In this document: positions 63,079 through 64,000 of the stretch, in pieces
Layout: every line of letters begins with the position of its first letter
Numbering within the stretch: position 1 is the first letter of the stretch
From: Minisyncoccia bacterium
GTDB lineage: Bacteria; Patescibacteriota; Minisyncoccia; Phycocordibacterales; UBA6065
Direction of reading: 5' to 3'
Assembly (NCBI GenBank): GCA_044233485.1
Contig: JBIIJY010000003.1
Span: 32,481 to 96,480, forward strand
Length of the DNA stretch: 64,000 nucleotides
Program-made: the position numbers and the translations under genes
The notes under the pieces: model-generated
The model's input: the letters and a program-made list of their open reading frames with translations, nothing else
What the model was told of the DNA's origin: nothing
Databases searched by the model: none

Positions 63079-64000
63079 TTATACTCTTTCTGCAATCAGC
63101 TTTCGTAAGACACTATCAATACTCTTTGCGATCTTTCTAAAATCTTTTTCTTTCTTTCCATTAGTTGTCTCAGCGGCGGATCCGAGCCGAATACCAGACG
63201 GGTCGACGGGTGTGCGCGTATCGAACGGAATAGTATTTTTGTTAACAATAATCCGCTCTTTTTCAAGAGCATCACTTGCCGCTTTACCTCCTATCCCTTT
63301 ACCATTCATCCACGTGTCAACTAAAACGAGATGAGAGTCTGTACCCCCAGAGACAATTCTCCAACCAAGTACAGATAGCTCGTCTGCCATCGCCTTCGCA
63401 TTTTTGACCACCTGAGTAGCATACTTCTTAAACGCTGGACTAGCGGCTTCTTTGAGGGCTACAGCGACTGCCGCAACCTGATTATCATGTGGACCGCCTT
63501 GTAATCCAGGAAAGACTGCTTTATCGATTTTTTTACCAAGCTCTCGTGCATCTATTTTACTAAAGATCAAAGCACTTCGAGGACCGCGAAGAGTCTTGTG
63601 TGTTGTCGTAGTTACCACATCTGCGTATTCAAATGGACTTGCATACACTCCGCCTGCAACAAGCCCTGCCAGATGAGACATGTCTACCATTAGGATCGCT
63701 CCAGTTTTATCAGCTATCTCACGAAACTTCTTCCAATCAACCATTCGAGGATAGGCAGTATATCCAGCTACGATTATTGCCGGCTTCTCTCTACAAGCCA
63801 GCTCTTTGACCGCTTCGTAGTTTAAAGTCTCAGTCTGAGGATCAACTCCATAGGGCACTTGTACCCACGCTTTACCAGTAAGAGAGACCTTGAAACCGTG
63901 TGTAAGGTGTCCACCCTGATCGAGCGACATGCCCATAATCTTACTGCCGAGCGGCACAAGACCAGTGTACACAGCCAGGTTTGCAGGAGATCCAGAAAGA
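63079..64000 (-). CDS. glyA: serine hydroxymethyltransferase, C-terminal part (gene continues beyond the right edge)
   Basis: ...SGSPANLAVYTGLV..., GGHLTHG and the PLP site TTTTHKTLRGPR. The frame stays open upstream of the track start (GTG 63972) to position 64000. Confidence 0.93.
   Translation of the reverse strand, partial: LSGSPANLAVYTGLVPLGSKIMGMSLDQGGHLTHGFKVSLTGKAWVQVPYGVDPQTETLNYEAVKELACREKPAIIVAGYTAYPRMVDWKKFREIADKTGAILMVDMSHLAGLVAGGVYASPFEYADVVTTTTHKTLRGPRSALIFSKIDARELGKKIDKAVFPGLQGGPHDNQVAAVAVALKEAASPAFKKYATQVVKNAKAMADELSVLGWRIVSGGTDSHLVLVDTWMNGKGIGGKAASDALEKERIIVNKNTIPFDTRTPVDPSGIRLGSAAETTNGKKEKDFRKIAKSIDSVLRKLIAERV

Noticed and set aside
62286-63140. 284-aa ORF on the plus strand.
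   Set aside because: It is antisense to tmk, which has a clear P-loop kinase signature. The plus-strand product has no recognisable features.

Overview
This is a gene-dense 64-kb window with about 60 protein genes, most on the minus strand, read with the standard genetic code. I recognised no rRNA, tRNA, CRISPR array, transposase or integrase. The content fits a small-genome Patescibacteria/CPR (Parcubacteria-like) bacterium: type-2 IleRS, alpha2-type GlyRS, cofactor-independent PGM, many membrane-anchored hypothetical proteins, an orphan VirD4/TraD-like ATPase, almost no Shine-Dalgarno sequences, and A-tract/GC-stem/T-tract bidirectional terminators. That taxonomic assignment is inference only. 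Layout: 1-8.2 kb holds housekeeping genes (eno, MIP channel, gpmI, MazG-like, secA, murB). 8.2-30.0 kb is a 21-gene glycan-assembly island: Wzy/ligase-like protein, Wzx-like flippase, 7 GT1-type and 2 GT2 glycosyltransferases, 3 FkbM and 2 class I methyltransferases, an AsnB-like amidotransferase, and an SxtJ/DUF5989/carbamoyltransferase/SGNH cassette. 30-34.5 kb holds the VirD4-like ATPase, infC-rpmI-rplT and a beta-CASP RNase. 34.5-41.9 kb is an envelope cluster: small membrane proteins, a 1027-aa secreted beta-helix/LCAT-like hydrolase, a 604-aa PG-binding surface protein with a 630-bp upstream leader, and a wHTH regulator. 42-64 kb is housekeeping again (ftsK, recA, efp, rpsR-ssb-rpsF, tatD, metG, AI-2E permease, glyQS, recO, ileS, argS, tmk, glyA). 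The best candidates for something new are: (1) a four-segment terminator/antiterminator leader with a 16-codon Ile-rich leader peptide directly upstream of ileS; (2) a complete histidine-phosphatase domain inserted in the IleRS catalytic core; (3) a structured RNA of about 140 nt, bounded by a promoter-like site and a terminator, upstream of a small membrane protein; (4) the secreted beta-helix/LCAT-like hydrolase module, a possible host-lipid acquisition device. All four need comparative or experimental confirmation.
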